Shown: positions 52,298 through 63,651, counted from the stretch's first letter. The stretch is 64,000 bases of DNA from the human T2T-CHM13v2.0 reference genome, Homo sapiens (GCA_009914755.4 CP068257.2:16992001-17056000), one strand, 5' to 3'. The notes: generated by a model from the sequence alone, not told the origin. A program made the numbers and translations.

Positions 52298-53648
52298 GAA
52301 AGAAAGAAGAGAAAAGAAAAGAAAGCAAAAAGAAAGAAAAAAAAGGAAACTATGCCAGGCAGTAGACAATAAAATATCTTTGAAGTAGGAAGGAAAAATA
52401 ACCATCAATCTAGAATTTTATATAGAGTAAAATATCTACAACAAATCAAGGTAAAACTGATACTTTTCCCAACAACAAAAGTTAGAGGAATTTATCACTA
52501 ACTAAATTGAACTAGATGAACTATTACAGTTTTTAAGCAAGGAAGCTGTTATTTGATGGAAGCTAAGGTATACATAATCAAACAATGATTACCAATGTAG
52601 AAGTTTCCTTTCATTTTCTGAAACCGTTTTTGGGACATAACACGCTGCTTATACTGTGTGTTTATATGGTACAGTATTATGTTAAAATAAACTAATAACA
52701 TAAGGATATATATTGTGAACACAAAACAACCATAAAAATAGTTATAGTTGATTAACAGTATTTAAAATGAAATACAAAAATAATAAAAGACTGACAAAGA
52801 GCAAGTAAAAAGCAACAACAAAAATAGATGGAATAAGTAATAAGCAAGGACAAAAAAAAAGAACTATTGTTCCTTCTTTCTTTTCCTTTCCTTCTGTGTC
52901 ACTTTCAGCATAGGTAGTTAAATAATGCAGTAAAGTAACAGAGAAAATAAATTATGTAATAGGGTTCCATGGTTGTTTGTGTTTATTGGAAAGTCACTGC
53001 TTGTTTGCAATTGAATTGAGTTCTGGTTTTGAATGGAAAGTGTAGCCTCTTGGAGTTGTCAACCTTGCTCACTCATTTATAGACATAAAATGCTTATCTT
53101 GTACTCAGAGTCTTGCTGAACTTTCAAGCACTGTGGGTCCACAAGAATTCTGCGTTCACGTGGCATCACAAACGCTGTATGTGAATAGAACAGTAAGAAA
53201 CTGAACATGTATATCACAGACATCTCTGCTCACACTTGTACTCAAGTGTCCCATCATACTGCACTTTTAAAACACAGAGGTAAAATTATTTAAAAATTTA
53301 AGGCAGTAATAAGAGAGTGTTAAATCAAAAACAGGGCACTTCTGAGCATGAAATCTTGTATGACTGTACAAGGTACAGTGCATGAAGCTGGCCCTACATG
53401 AACAAAACGAATTATTTCCTTCTAAGTTCTAGAACAAAGTAGAGATATCCAGTCTAACCACTGAAATTCAATATTGCATCAACATTCTTGCCAATGCAAT
53501 ATGAGAAAGATAAAAATTAATACAACACATGCCATTAGTAATAACGTTAAAAACATGAACACAGGAATAAACTTAGCATAATGTATGCCATACCTGTTTA
53601 CTGAAATCTTCAAAACTTTGCTGAGAAAAATAAAACAAGATCGAAATA

Positions 53649-53728
53649 TTAAGATTGGTGTGAAAGTAATTGCAGTTTTTACGATTGAAAGTAACGCAAA
53701 AACTGCAATTACTTTTGCACTAACCTAA
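53649..53728. mobile_element. MADE1 (Hsmar1-derived 80-bp palindromic MITE) flanked by a TA target-site duplication
   Basis: ttaagattggtgtgaaagtaattgcagtttttacgattgaaagtaacgcaaaaactgcaattacttttgcactaacctaa compares with the MADE1 consensus ttaggttggtgcaaaagtaattgcggtttttgccattaaaagtaatggcaaaaaccgcaattacttttgcaccaacctaa. Its arms are a perfect inverted repeat. Confidence 0.9.
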
Positions 53729-54400
53729 TATATTGCAATGTATAATGTGATTACAGATTGGAAGGCTTAATGTTGTTATGATAGTATCTCTCCCCAAATT
53801 GATCTATATGTTCAATGCATATTTAAAAAACAATTGTAGCAAAGTTCTTTGTAGAAATTGTTAAGCTAATTCTAAATTTTATATGGAAATCCAAAGGACA
53901 TATTATATACAAAATGATTTCTAGGAAGAAGAACAAAATTAGATGAGCAGCACCTTTTTCTTCCAAGACTCCCTATATACTCCTTTTAGGCACCAGTCAT
54001 AGAGGTAGTATGGCTGAGGTTTACAACTGGATGTATAGATAATGGAACAGAATAGAAAATCCAGAAACATGTCATTTTTTATGTGCTTAAATTTTTGAAA
54101 GTATTTCCATGGTTATTCAATGAGAAAAATTATAGTCTTTTAAACAATTTTATCCCAGAGGGAATGTAAGTATATTTAAAGACAAAAAAGAAACCTTAAC
54201 TTATAACATGTCTGCACATGCTCATATACAAGAGGTATACAAGAATAGATGGAAGAGGAGTAAGATAAAAATACCAATTAAGGCCTTTGGACTAACAAGT
54301 GATGGAGTCTTTTTTTCCTGCCACTAACACTTTTCGTATAACTTTTTCCCCTAGAAATTGTAACTAGCCACAATTTGAAAATTAGAGATTGACAGTGAAG

Positions 54401-54778
54401 TGTATTAGTCAGTTTTCATACTGCTGATAAAGACATACCCAAGACTGTGTACTTTATAAAAAAGAAGAGGTTTAATGGACTCACAGTTCCAGGTGGCTAG
54501 GGAGGACTCACGAACATGGAGAAGGCTAAAGGCACGTCTTACATGGTGGCAGACAAGAGAGAATGTAGACAGACAAGTCTACATTGTCTTGGCAGACAAG
54601 TGAAAGAGGAAATAAATCATCAGATCTCGTGAGACTTATTCACTAACAGGAGAACAGTATAGGAGAAACCATCTCCATGATTCAATTATCTGCCATGAGT
54701 CCCTCCCACAACACGTGAGAATTATGGGAGCTACAATTCAAGATGAGATTTGGGTGGGGATGCAGTCAAACCATATTA
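54401..54778 (-). mobile_element. ERVL-MaLR solo LTR (THE1/MST-like), antisense
   Basis: tgtattagtcagttttcatactgctgataaagacatacccaagactgtgtactttataaaaaagaagaggtttaatggactcacagttccaggtggctagggagg...catgattcaattatctgccatgagtccctcccacaacacgtgagaattatgggagctacaattcaagatgagatttgggtggggatgcagtcaaaccatat is the reverse complement of the THE1/MST consensus. Confidence 0.75.
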
Positions 54779-56070
54779 GTAAGTCTCCCCTGCATTATGG
54801 TGTACTGTTAGTGTGTCACTCATATCATATCAGATTCCTTAAACATTTGTTTGCATAAAGTCCCCATGTGATTCTATTCCCCATAGTAAGTACCTGCTTC
54901 TCTAGCACCATGTACTATGTACTATGCACAAGTAGCCAGAATCAGATTTGTCTACAGAATTGGAGAACTATTATCTCCGAACTTTTGTTCTCCTGCTAAC
55001 AGCTCTTAAACATTGAGAGATGTGTGTAGAGGCTTAAATACTCCAAGCGCTTTTTCTCTAATCAGGAATAGACTATTTTTGAAGGATTGAGTAAAAGCTG
55101 TTCTTTGCAGGACTTTTCTATTATCATACTCATTTTTGGACTCCTCTCATGTCCTGTCTCATTTCCCCATGTGGTTATCAACTTGTCTAGGGATAATGTA
55201 AAATAACACATATCATGCTGGTCTCAGGACAAAACTCCATTTATTACAGTTGGTGCAAAACAGTCAGATTTTATGCCTATGATGCTGGTATAATTATTAT
55301 ACCATGATATTGACCCATTTCACTCCAAAACCCCTTCTAGTTTGTATAATAATTTATACAGTCATCATTTTATAATGTGAAATAGTCACAACCACAACCA
55401 CATTCTACCCAGGAGAGAGAGTGTAGAAAAATCTATGATAATTTAGGAAAGAAAGAGTCAGACAAAGCAGGTGCTCTTGAAGTTTAAAAACAAAACACAT
55501 TTTGAACATGCAAGAAACTTTGTGAATACTGTTTGCGGAAGCCTCCTTGACAACATTATGAGGGGATGAACTCCAGGTGGAAAGGAGTAATTGCTATTTA
55601 ACAAATAAATGAAAGAAAGGCTAAAGTTGACAGAATAGATTATATATTGTATATGCTCTGATAATGTGGAAATAATTCATCTAACACAAAACGGAACAGA
55701 TGGCTTTGATAAGAAGATAAAAAATAAAGTTAGTTTTCTGATTACATCATCGTAATTGCTAGATGTCAAAGGGTATTATTTAAAGCTACAAATCAAATAG
55801 TAAAAGATCAAGTCTATTTAAGGAAACAATGAAAAACACTCGAAAGTTATTGATATCTATTAAATGTGGGTGATGGTATCCTGGAAAGGGGAAAGGAAAA
55901 CTATACAACTTCATGTTCATGGTGTTTAAAAGAATTGAAGAAAAAGGATATTTTACAAACGTAAAATCATTCATGCAATTTCTAGAGCAAAATTATAAAC
56001 TTCCCTAAATATTAAAAATACACCAAAAGAAAAAATAAAAATAGACACCCATACTGAATATTTCATACAT

Positions 56071-56625
56071 TGTGATGGTTAGTTTTTGTGTGTCAACTTG
56101 CCTAGGCTATGGTATCCACTTCTGTTAAACACTAATCTAAATACACCAGTCTGGATGTTGCTGTCTGATGAGGTTAACACTGATGATCAGTAGACCTTAA
56201 ATGAAACAGATATCCTCCATAACGTGGGTGAGTCTCACCCAATCTGTTGAAGATCTTAAGAGTAAGGATTAAGGAAGAAATGGGATCCTCAAAATTTGAA
56301 TGGGTCATCTGAAAATACTATAAATGAAGAAAAGGGAATTGTACTCTTAAATTTTACTGAATTTTAGAAGTGTCCCTTTCACCATCATTTAGAGATTAAA
56401 CCTGCATTGACTGAGGAAACTGTAATGCCCCGTCCCCAGGTAGTTTCCTTGCAAGATGCTGTTAATCCTCCTCAGCGCCCCCCTCCCACGACTCTTTTAT
56501 TCTAGACTTGTACCTAGACTCAAGTTCTAGCAGAAAGCTGAGGTCGAAGTGTACCCCATGAGTAGATATGCCAGAAGCCAAAAGAACTACATAATTTTTT
56601 CAATTTATACACACAGAAACCCTGG
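56071..56625 (+). mobile_element. ERVL-type LTR (MLT2-like), the putative 5' LTR of a degenerate ERVL provirus
   Basis: It starts tgtgatggttagtttttgtgtgtcaacttgcctaggctatggtatccacttctgttaaacactaatctaaatacaccagtctggatgttgctgtctgatgaggttaacactgatgatcagtagaccttaaatgaaacagatatcctccataacgtgggtgagtctcacccaatctgttgaagatc, paralleling the MLT2 LTR start (TGTGATGGTTAATTTTATGTGTCAACTTGGCTGGGCTATGGTGCCCAGATATTTGGTCAAACATTATTCTGGATGTTTCTGTGAGGGTGTTTTTGGATGAGATTAACATTTAAATCGGTAGACTGAGTAAAGCAGATTGCCCTCCCTAATGTGGGTGGGCCTCATCCAATCAGTTGAAGGCC). The 3' boundary is approximate. Confidence 0.5.
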
Positions 56626-57645
56626 GAATATGTGAGAAATAAGTATTAAGGTTGTGGGATAGTAGGAACATAACGTTGGATCTGGCTAAATTTATTGATA
56701 CAGGCCAGCTAAGCAGAGATCCTTCATTTAATAGTGCAGCATGAGGGGTTAGAAAAAGATCTAACAGTTTAGTTGATTGGTTCAAACAAAAGCTGGTCTA
56801 CACTACAAATGAAATTGAAAATTTCCGATTATTTATTCCTGACCTAGAACTCTTTCTTTAGCTTATACAGATCAGGTAAGAATTTAGCACACTCTCCATC
56901 TATTCTACCCCTAGGGACACCAAGATCAATTAGCCAATTCCATAAGTTATCTGTGAGTCGGACTATTTGTCTAATTGATCTAGGTCAAGAAATAGGAGTC
57001 TAAATTGAATCATAAAAGCAGAAAGCGCACCTCTATCAATTCCCAGAATGGAGCCAATTACTGATCCAGAACTCCTTGAATGAAAGGGAGGCCAGGTTCC
57101 CTTGAGGAAGGACTTCGCTATACTGCCAAAAAAATTTATATCATTAATCTTTCCCCATCCTTTCCAAAAGGGATGTATAGCCTTTTGTCAGGGTGACTTT
57201 GCATTAGGAGAAAAACAAGTAATCAATACTGAACATTGGATCCAAACTGATTCCAGGAGACCTAAAACATTGCTGCAATATATCAGAGTAGGGGCTTATA
57301 GGTCAGTTGAATAATGGAGTTATAGCCAAGGTGCATTTTACAGTTGGTCCAGTGGATCCCTGATCCCATCCTATGGTTATTTTCCCAACTCAGAATGTAG
57401 GGGTGCTGATATCCACCACATGCCCATTTAACTTGCCTATTTGCTTGTGCAGAAAACAGATGGATCTTGGAGAATGACAATGAATTATCATAAGCTTTAC
57501 CCACGTGGTAACACCAATTACAGCTGTTGTACCAGATGTAGTTGCATTGCTTGAGTGCATTAACGCATGCCCTGGTATCCGGTATGCAGCTATTGATATA
57601 ATACGTGCTTTTTCCTTTTCACCTGTTAGTAGAGTCCACTAAAGC
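56626..57645 (+). pseudogene. ERVL-like internal region carrying a frameshifted pol fragment (RT N-terminal motifs), with gag/pro largely deleted
   Basis: Three-frame reading of 57440-57640 gives ...PICLCRKQ(k)TDGSWRMTMNYHKL / VVTPITAVVPDVVALLECINACPGIRYAAIDIIRAFSFSPV / KPQYAFIFIPQENINSSALC. This matches the class-III (ERVL/spuma-like) RT motifs ...PV.K.[35 protein letters not shown]...WYAAIDLANAFFSIPV...QKQFAF...LPQGYINSPALC, remembering the ERVL string from memory. Frameshifts occur between segments. Confidence 0.55.
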
Positions 57646-58413
57646 TGTTTACGTTCAGCTTGCAAAACCACAATATGCCTTTATTTTCATACCTCAGGAG
57701 AATATTAACTCTTCAGCCCTATGCTAAAGTTTAGTCCACACCACAATACACATTTATTTTCATACCTTAGGAGAATATCAACTCTTCAGCCCTATTCTAT
57801 AGTTTAGTCCACACCACAGTACACTTTTATTTTCATACCTTAGGAGAATATTAACTCTTCAGCCCTATGCTGTAGTTTAGTCCATACCACAGGACACCTT
57901 TATTTTCATACCTTATGAGAATATTAACTCTTCAGCCCTATGCTATAGTTTAGTCCACACCATAGTACACCTTTATTTTCATATCTTAGGAGAATATTAA
58001 CTCTTCAGCCCTATGCTATAGTTTAGTCTACACCACAATACACCTTTATTTTCATACCTTAGGAGAATATTAACTCTTCAGCCATATGCTATAGTTTAGT
58101 CCACACCACAGTACACCTTTATTTTCATACCTTATGGGAATATTAACTCTTCAGCCCTATGCTGTAGTTTAGTTCACACCACAGTACACCTTTATTTTCA
58201 TACCTTAGGAGAATATTAACTCTTCAGCCCTATGCTATAGTTTAGTCCACACCATAGTACACCTTTATTTTCATATCTTAGGAGAATATTAACTCTTCAG
58301 CCCTATGCTATAGTTTAGTCCACACCACAATACACCTTTATTTTCATACCTTAGGAGAATATCAACTCTTCAGCCCTATGCTATAGTTTAGTCCACACCA
58401 CAGTACACCTTTA
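57645..58413. repeat. Tandem array of about 10.5 copies of a 73-bp unit derived from the ERVL pol (RT) sequence
   Basis: Unit: cctttattttcataccttaggagaatattaactcttcagccctatgctatagtttagtccacaccacagtaca. The first, most diverged copy is continuous with the RT reading frame (..YAFIFIPQENINSSALC..). Copies differ at a few positions (cag/tag, atc/acc, gct/gtt, cta/cca). Confidence 0.9.
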
Positions 58414-58865
58414 TGACTTGGCAATGCAGGCTCTTTTTTGGTTCCATATGAACTTTAAAGTAGTTTTTTCCAATTCTGTGAAGAAAGTCATTGGTAGCTT
58501 GATGGGGATGGCATTGAATCTATAAATTACCTTGGGCAGTATGGCCATTTTCATGATATTGATTCTTCCTATCCATGAGCATGGAAGGCTTTTCCATTTG
58601 TTTGTGTCCGCTCTTATTTCCTTGAGCAGTGGTTTGTAGTTCTCCTTGAAGAGGTTCTTCAATCCCTTTTAAGTTGTATTCCTAGGTACTTTATTTTCTT
58701 TGTAACAATTGTGAATGGGAGTTCACTCATGATTTGGCTCTCTGTTTGTCTGTTATTTGTGTATAGGAATGCTTGTGATTTTGCACATTGAAGAAGTTGC
58801 TTGTCAGCTTAAGAAAAACCTCCTGAGACGATGGGGTTTTCTAAATATACAATCATGTAATTGAC
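58414..58865 (-). mobile_element. L1 ORF2 internal fragment (younger primate L1PA-like), antisense, truncated at both ends and abutting the tandem array
   Basis: The minus-strand ORF at 58411-58662, [83 protein letters not shown], is about 92% identical to L1HS ORF2p ([81 protein letters not shown]). Upstream (higher coordinates) continues ...DDMIVYLENPIVS... Confidence 0.9.
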
Positions 58866-59342
58866 TTTATTTCTTGGTCTTTAAAGATACTGGACACAGC
58901 CACTGCATAGAAATTCCAAAAAAAAAGCGTATGCTTCTCCTCATATATAGCCTATCAATTTCAAGTAGCAAAGAAAATGGAAGACATTTTTATTCTTCAC
59001 TTTTCTCAGTTGATCAGGATTAATAACTAGAAAATGAGTATTCTGCTTCCCTTCACACATGATATGCATTTGATGGGATAATTAGATCAACATCACTCTT
59101 ACTTTCTACAGTCATTGTGACTGCATTTGGGAAGAGAAAATGTGCCAGTACAAAACCATATTGCAGTATATAAATACAATTGTTTTATTTATTTCCTAGT
59201 TACAGAACTGTGAAACATATTCACTGTCAACTAAATACTAATGATTATGACAGTTTTTCCCTGACACAATATTTTCCCAGATACATATGATCGTTTATTG
59301 TCATTTTTAACATTTTCTTATAACGATTGTTGATTGTAGCCT

Positions 59343-61946
59343 GTATTAGTTCGTACTCACACTGCTGATAAAGACATACCCAAGGCCAGGTGCAGTGGCT
59401 CATGCTTGTAATCCCAGCACTTTGGGGGGCTGAAGCAGGTGGATCATGAGGTCAGGCATTCAAGACCAGCCTGGCCAAAATGGGGAAACCCTGTCTCTAC
59501 TAAAAACACAAAAATTAATGGGGCTTGGTGTAATCCAGCTACTCAGAAGGCTGTGATCCCAGCTACTCAGGAGGCTGAGGCAGGAGAATTTGCTTGAACC
59601 TGGGAGGTGGAGGTTTCAGTGAACTGAGATCGCACCACTGCACTCCAGCCTGGGCAAGAGTGAGATTTCATGTCAAAAAAAAAAAAAAAAAAAAAAAAAA
59701 AGACATGTCTGGAACTGAGAAGAAAATGAGATTTCATGGACTTACAGTTCCACATGGCTGGAGAGGCCTCATAATCATGGCAGAAGGGAAGGAGGAGCAA
59801 ATCACGTCTTACATGGATGGTGGCAGGCAACGAGAGAGAGCTTATGCCTGGAAACTTCCATTTTTAAAACAGTCAGATCTCATGAGACTTATTCACTAGC
59901 ACACGAACAGCATGAGAAAGACCATGATTCAATTATCTCCCACCGGGTCCCTCCCACCATGTGGGAATTATGGGGGCTACAAGATAAGATTTGGGTGGGG
60001 ACACAAAGCCAATCCATATCATTCTGTCTCTGGCCCCTCCCAAATCTCATGTTTTCACATTTCAAAACCAATCATGCCTTTCCAACAGTCTCCCAAAGTC
60101 TTAACTCATTTCAGGATTAACTGAAAAGTTCACAGTCCAAAGTCCTATCTAAGACAAGGCAAGTCCCTTCTGCCTATGAGCCTATCAAATCAAAAGCAAG
60201 TTAGTTACTTCTTAGGTGCAATGGGGGTACAGCCAATGGGTAAATACAGCCATTCCAAATGAGAGAAATTGGCCAAAACAAAGGGGCTACAGGTTCCATG
60301 CAAGCTCAAAATCCAGTGGGACAGGTCAAATCTTAAAGCTCCAAAATGATCTTCTTTGACTCCATGTCTCACATCCAAGTCATACTGATGCAAGAGGTGA
60401 GTTTCCTTGGTCTTCAGTAGCTCCACCCTTAAGGCTTTGCAGGGTACATCCTCTCTCCCAGCTGCTTTTACCAGCTGGCATGGAGTGTCTGTGGCTTTTT
60501 CAGGCACACACACAGTGCAAGCTGTCAGTGGATCTACCATTCTGGGATTTGGAGGGCCCTCTTTTCACAGCTCCACTAGATGGTACCCCAGTAGGGACTC
60601 TGTGTGGGGGCTCCAACCCTACATTTTCCTTCTGAGCTGCCTTAGCAAAGGTTCTCCATGAGAGCCCTGCCCCTGCAGTGAACTTCTGCCTGGGCATCCA
60701 GGCATTTCTATACATCCTCTGAAATCTAGCAGGAGGTTCCCAAACCTCAATTCTTGACTTCTGTGTCTGTGTATCCACAGGCTCAACACCATGTGGAAGC
60801 TACCAAGGCTTGAGGCTTGCACCCTCTGAAGCCACAGCTCAATCTGTACCTTGGACCCTTTTAGTAACAGCTGGAACAGCTGGGGCACAGAGCACCAAGA
60901 CCCTAGACTGCACACAGCATGGAGACCCTGGACCTGCCCCACAAAACTATTTTTTCTTCCTAAGCCTCTGGGCCTGTGATCGGAGGGGCTTCTGTGAAGA
61001 CCTCTGACATGCCCTGGAGACATTTTCCCCACAGTCTTGGAGATTAATATTTGGCTCCTCATTATTTATGCAAATTTCTGCAGGCAGCTTCAATTTTTAC
61101 TCAGAAATGATATTTTCTCTTCTATCGCAGTGTCAGGCTGTACATTTTCTAACTTTTATGCTCTGTTTCCCTTTTAAAACTGAATGCCTTTACCACCACC
61201 CAAGTCACATCTTGGATGCTTTGTTGCTTAGAAATTTCTTGCACCAGATACCCTAAATTATCTCCCTCAAGTTCAAAGTTCCAGAAATCTCTAGGGAAGG
61301 GGCAAAATGCTGCCAGTCTCTTTGCTAAAACATAACAAGAGTCGCCTTTGCTCCAGTTCCCAACAAGTTCCTCATCTCTATTTGAAACCACCTCAGCCTG
61401 GATTTCTTTGTCTATCATTATCAGCATTTTGGTCAAAGCCATTCAACAAGTCTCTAGAAAGTTCCAAACTTTCCCACATTTTCCTGTCTTCTTCTGAACC
61501 CTCCAAACTCTTCCAACCTCTGCCTGTTACCCAGCTCCAAAGTCACTTCCACATGTTCAGGTATCTTTTCAGTAACACCTGACTCTACTGGTACCAATTT
61601 ACTGTATTAGTCCAATTTCATGCTGCTGATAAAGACATATCTGAGACTGGGAGGAAAAATAGGTTTAAGGGACTTACAGTTCCACATGGCTGGGGAGGAG
61701 TCACAATCATGGTGGAAGGCAAGGAGGAGCAAGTCACATCTTACATGGATGGTGTCAGGCAAAGAGAGAAAGCTTGTGCAGGGAAATTCCCTTTTTCAAA
61801 ACCATCAGATCTTGTGAGACTTATACACAATTATGCGAACACTCCCATGATTCAGTTATCTCCCACTGGGTCCCTCCCACTGCACGTGGGAATTATGGAA
61901 GCTACAATAGGAGATTTGGGTGAGGACCCAGAGCCAAACCATATCA
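59343..61946 (-). mobile_element. Nearly complete ERVL-MaLR element (THE1/MST class). Antisense layout: 3' LTR at 59343-60024 containing an Alu, internal region at 60025-61602, 5' LTR at 61603-61946.
   Basis: Both LTRs read tgtattagt.c...ctgctgataaagacata.c..ag...acttacagttccacatggctgg.gagg..tcacaatcatgg..gaaggcaaggaggagcaa.tcacatcttacatggatgg.g.caggcaa.gagaga.agctt.tgc.gg.aa.ttcc.tttt.aaaac..tcagatct..tgagacttat.cac...atgattca.ttatctcccac.gggtccctcccac...gtgggaattatgg..gctacaa.a.gagatttgggtg.gga.c...gccaa.ccatatca, the reverse complement of THE1/MST LTRs. The internal 1.58 kb is non-coding MaLR-int sequence. Confidence 0.8.
59384..59701 (+). mobile_element. Alu (AluS-like) nested in the MaLR 3' LTR, with a ~7-bp TSD (aagacat) and a 27-nt A-tail
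   Basis: ggccaggtgcagtggctcatgcttgtaatcccagcactttggggggctgaagcaggtggatcatgaggtcaggcattcaagaccagcctggccaaaatggggaaaccctgtctctactaaaaacacaaaaattaatggggcttggtg...gcaccactgcactccagcctgggcaagagtgagatttcatgtc(a)27. LTR sequence resumes on both sides (…aagacatacccaag | Alu | acatgtctgg…). Confidence 0.95.
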
Positions 61947-62857
61947 TAGCCTTTCTATAAAATGTATTTTCTGTTGATGCAATTTATCTTTAATTAAAAT
62001 TAACTTTAATATGTATTGTCAAAATCGTGGTCTCTAAAATAGTTATATATATATGAAGATACATGTATACAATAATAAGAGTTTTGTTATATATCCACTC
62101 CACCTTAAAATAAACACAAACAGTACAGTTGAAACTTCCTGATTACTTATTTCCAGTTGAAGAATATCATAATTTTTAATTTCATGCATACTTATATATT
62201 TTTAAATGATATAATGTGGTTTTATTTTTTAAGTTTTGCAAATGAAATTCTATGCAAATTCTTTGGCAACTTTATTTTTCTGAAAACCTAATTGTAATTT
62301 TCATACTTGGAGACTACATTAGTTTTCACAGCAGTTTGATATTATATTATGTGAAAATGTCATAATTTCTGTGGATTCTCAGTTCATAAAATTCTACATT
62401 ATATCCAGCACTGAGCTGTCACAAACAATGCTGGTTTACAGAGTTTTATATATGTATCTCAGAGGATTAAACAATAACTTTTTCTATGATCAATCTGGAA
62501 TTGCTAAGACTTAGGGCTAGAACACCTTTTTCATTACCAGATTTTGTGGGCTTCTGTTCTTCTGAGTACCTGGACCAATTTTTATTATATCAGCAATAAT
62601 AGGGAGTATTCTGTTACTCTAAATTCTTGACATCACAATATTCTTAGTAGTCATTTTAATGCATTGTATTTTAAATAATTTTCTTGAAGGTACTATATTT
62701 AAAGCCAAATAGAGAAATCAGGTTTAATATTTATATATTTGTATTTATGTATGTGTGGTACACAAGATATTATAACTCAAGATCTTGTATCTCAAGATGA
62801 GGATGCTAAACATTTCCGAAGTCACAGAAAGACTTGCTGACTCACCCCACCTCTCAG

Positions 62858-63092
62858 CCCTTAACTGCTACACTGTTGATGGGAATGTAAATTGGTACAG
62901 CCATTATGGAAAACAGTAGGCAGGTTCTTAAAGATATTAAAAATATAACTATTATATAATCCTACTTCTAGATATATACTCAAAGGAAATGAAATAATTA
63001 TCTTGATATTTGCAATCTCATGTTCACTACTGCATTATTCACAATAGCGAAGATATGAAAACGTGTTGACAGATGAATGAATAAAGAAAATG

Positions 63093-63146
<54 letters not shown>

Positions 63147-63651
63147 GAATATTTTTCAGACTTAAAAAAGAAAATCCTGCCATTTGCAACTCTGTGTATG
63201 AACCTGTAGCATGTTAGGCTAAGTGAAATCAGATGCAGAAATACAAATACTGCATGATCTCTCTAATTGTGGAATCTAAAAAAGTTGAACTCACACAAAC
63301 AGAGAGTAGAATGAGGGTTGCCAGAGGCTGTGGGGTAGGAAAAACAGGGAGCTGTTGATCAAAGGGTACAAAGTTTCAGTTACTTAGGATGAATAAGTTC
63401 TGGAAAGATAATGTAGAACATGGCTACTATAGTTGATAATATAGTATTGCATTCCTCAAGTTTGATAAGGGAAAAGATATTAAGTGTTCTCACTACATGT
63501 ACACACACACAATTGATGACTTTGTGAGGTGATAAATATGTTAATTAGCTTGACTGTGGTAATCACTTCACAGTGTATATGTACATTAAAACATCACATT
63601 TAATACCTTAAATATATACATTTTTTGTTAATTATACTGCAATAAATCTGG
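62858..63651 (+). mobile_element. L1 3' end (ORF2 C-terminus plus 3'UTR, L1PB/L1MA-like), sense, containing a (CA)n microsatellite
   Basis: ...taactgctacactgttgatgggaatgtaaattggtacagccattatggaaaacagtaggcaggttc... gives [21 protein letters not shown]. It ends ...ggtgataaatatgttaattagcttgactgtggtaatcacttcacagtgtatatgtacattaaaacatcacatttaataccttaaatatatacattttttgttaattatactgcaataaatctgg, a typical L1PB/L1MA 3' terminus. Confidence 0.85.
63094..63143. repeat. (CA)n microsatellite, about 25 units, inside the L1
   Basis: Direct read. It produces the (CV)n ORF at 62998-63189 on the minus strand. Confidence 0.95.

Noticed and set aside
56941-57000. Possible retroviral protease active-site remnant (CLIDLGQEIGV) upstream of the RT fragment
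   Set aside because: It lacks the D-T/S-G-A core, and the similarity is too weak to call.
57645-58413. Regular tandem array that superficially resembles a CRISPR-like or other prokaryotic repeat locus, given the prompt's hint of a novel system
   Set aside because: The sequence context is human nuclear DNA (Alu, L1, MaLR). The array has no unique spacers, since all 73 bp are repeated. It derives from ERVL pol. It is a minisatellite, not a CRISPR array.
60205-61062. Cluster of 90-147-aa overlapping ORFs on both strands inside the MaLR internal region (for example 60619-61062 (-) at 147 aa)
   Set aside because: MaLR internal regions are non-coding remnants. The ORFs are arginine/serine/leucine-rich low-complexity translations of GC-richer DNA, they overlap one another on both strands, and they show no recognisable gag/pol motifs.
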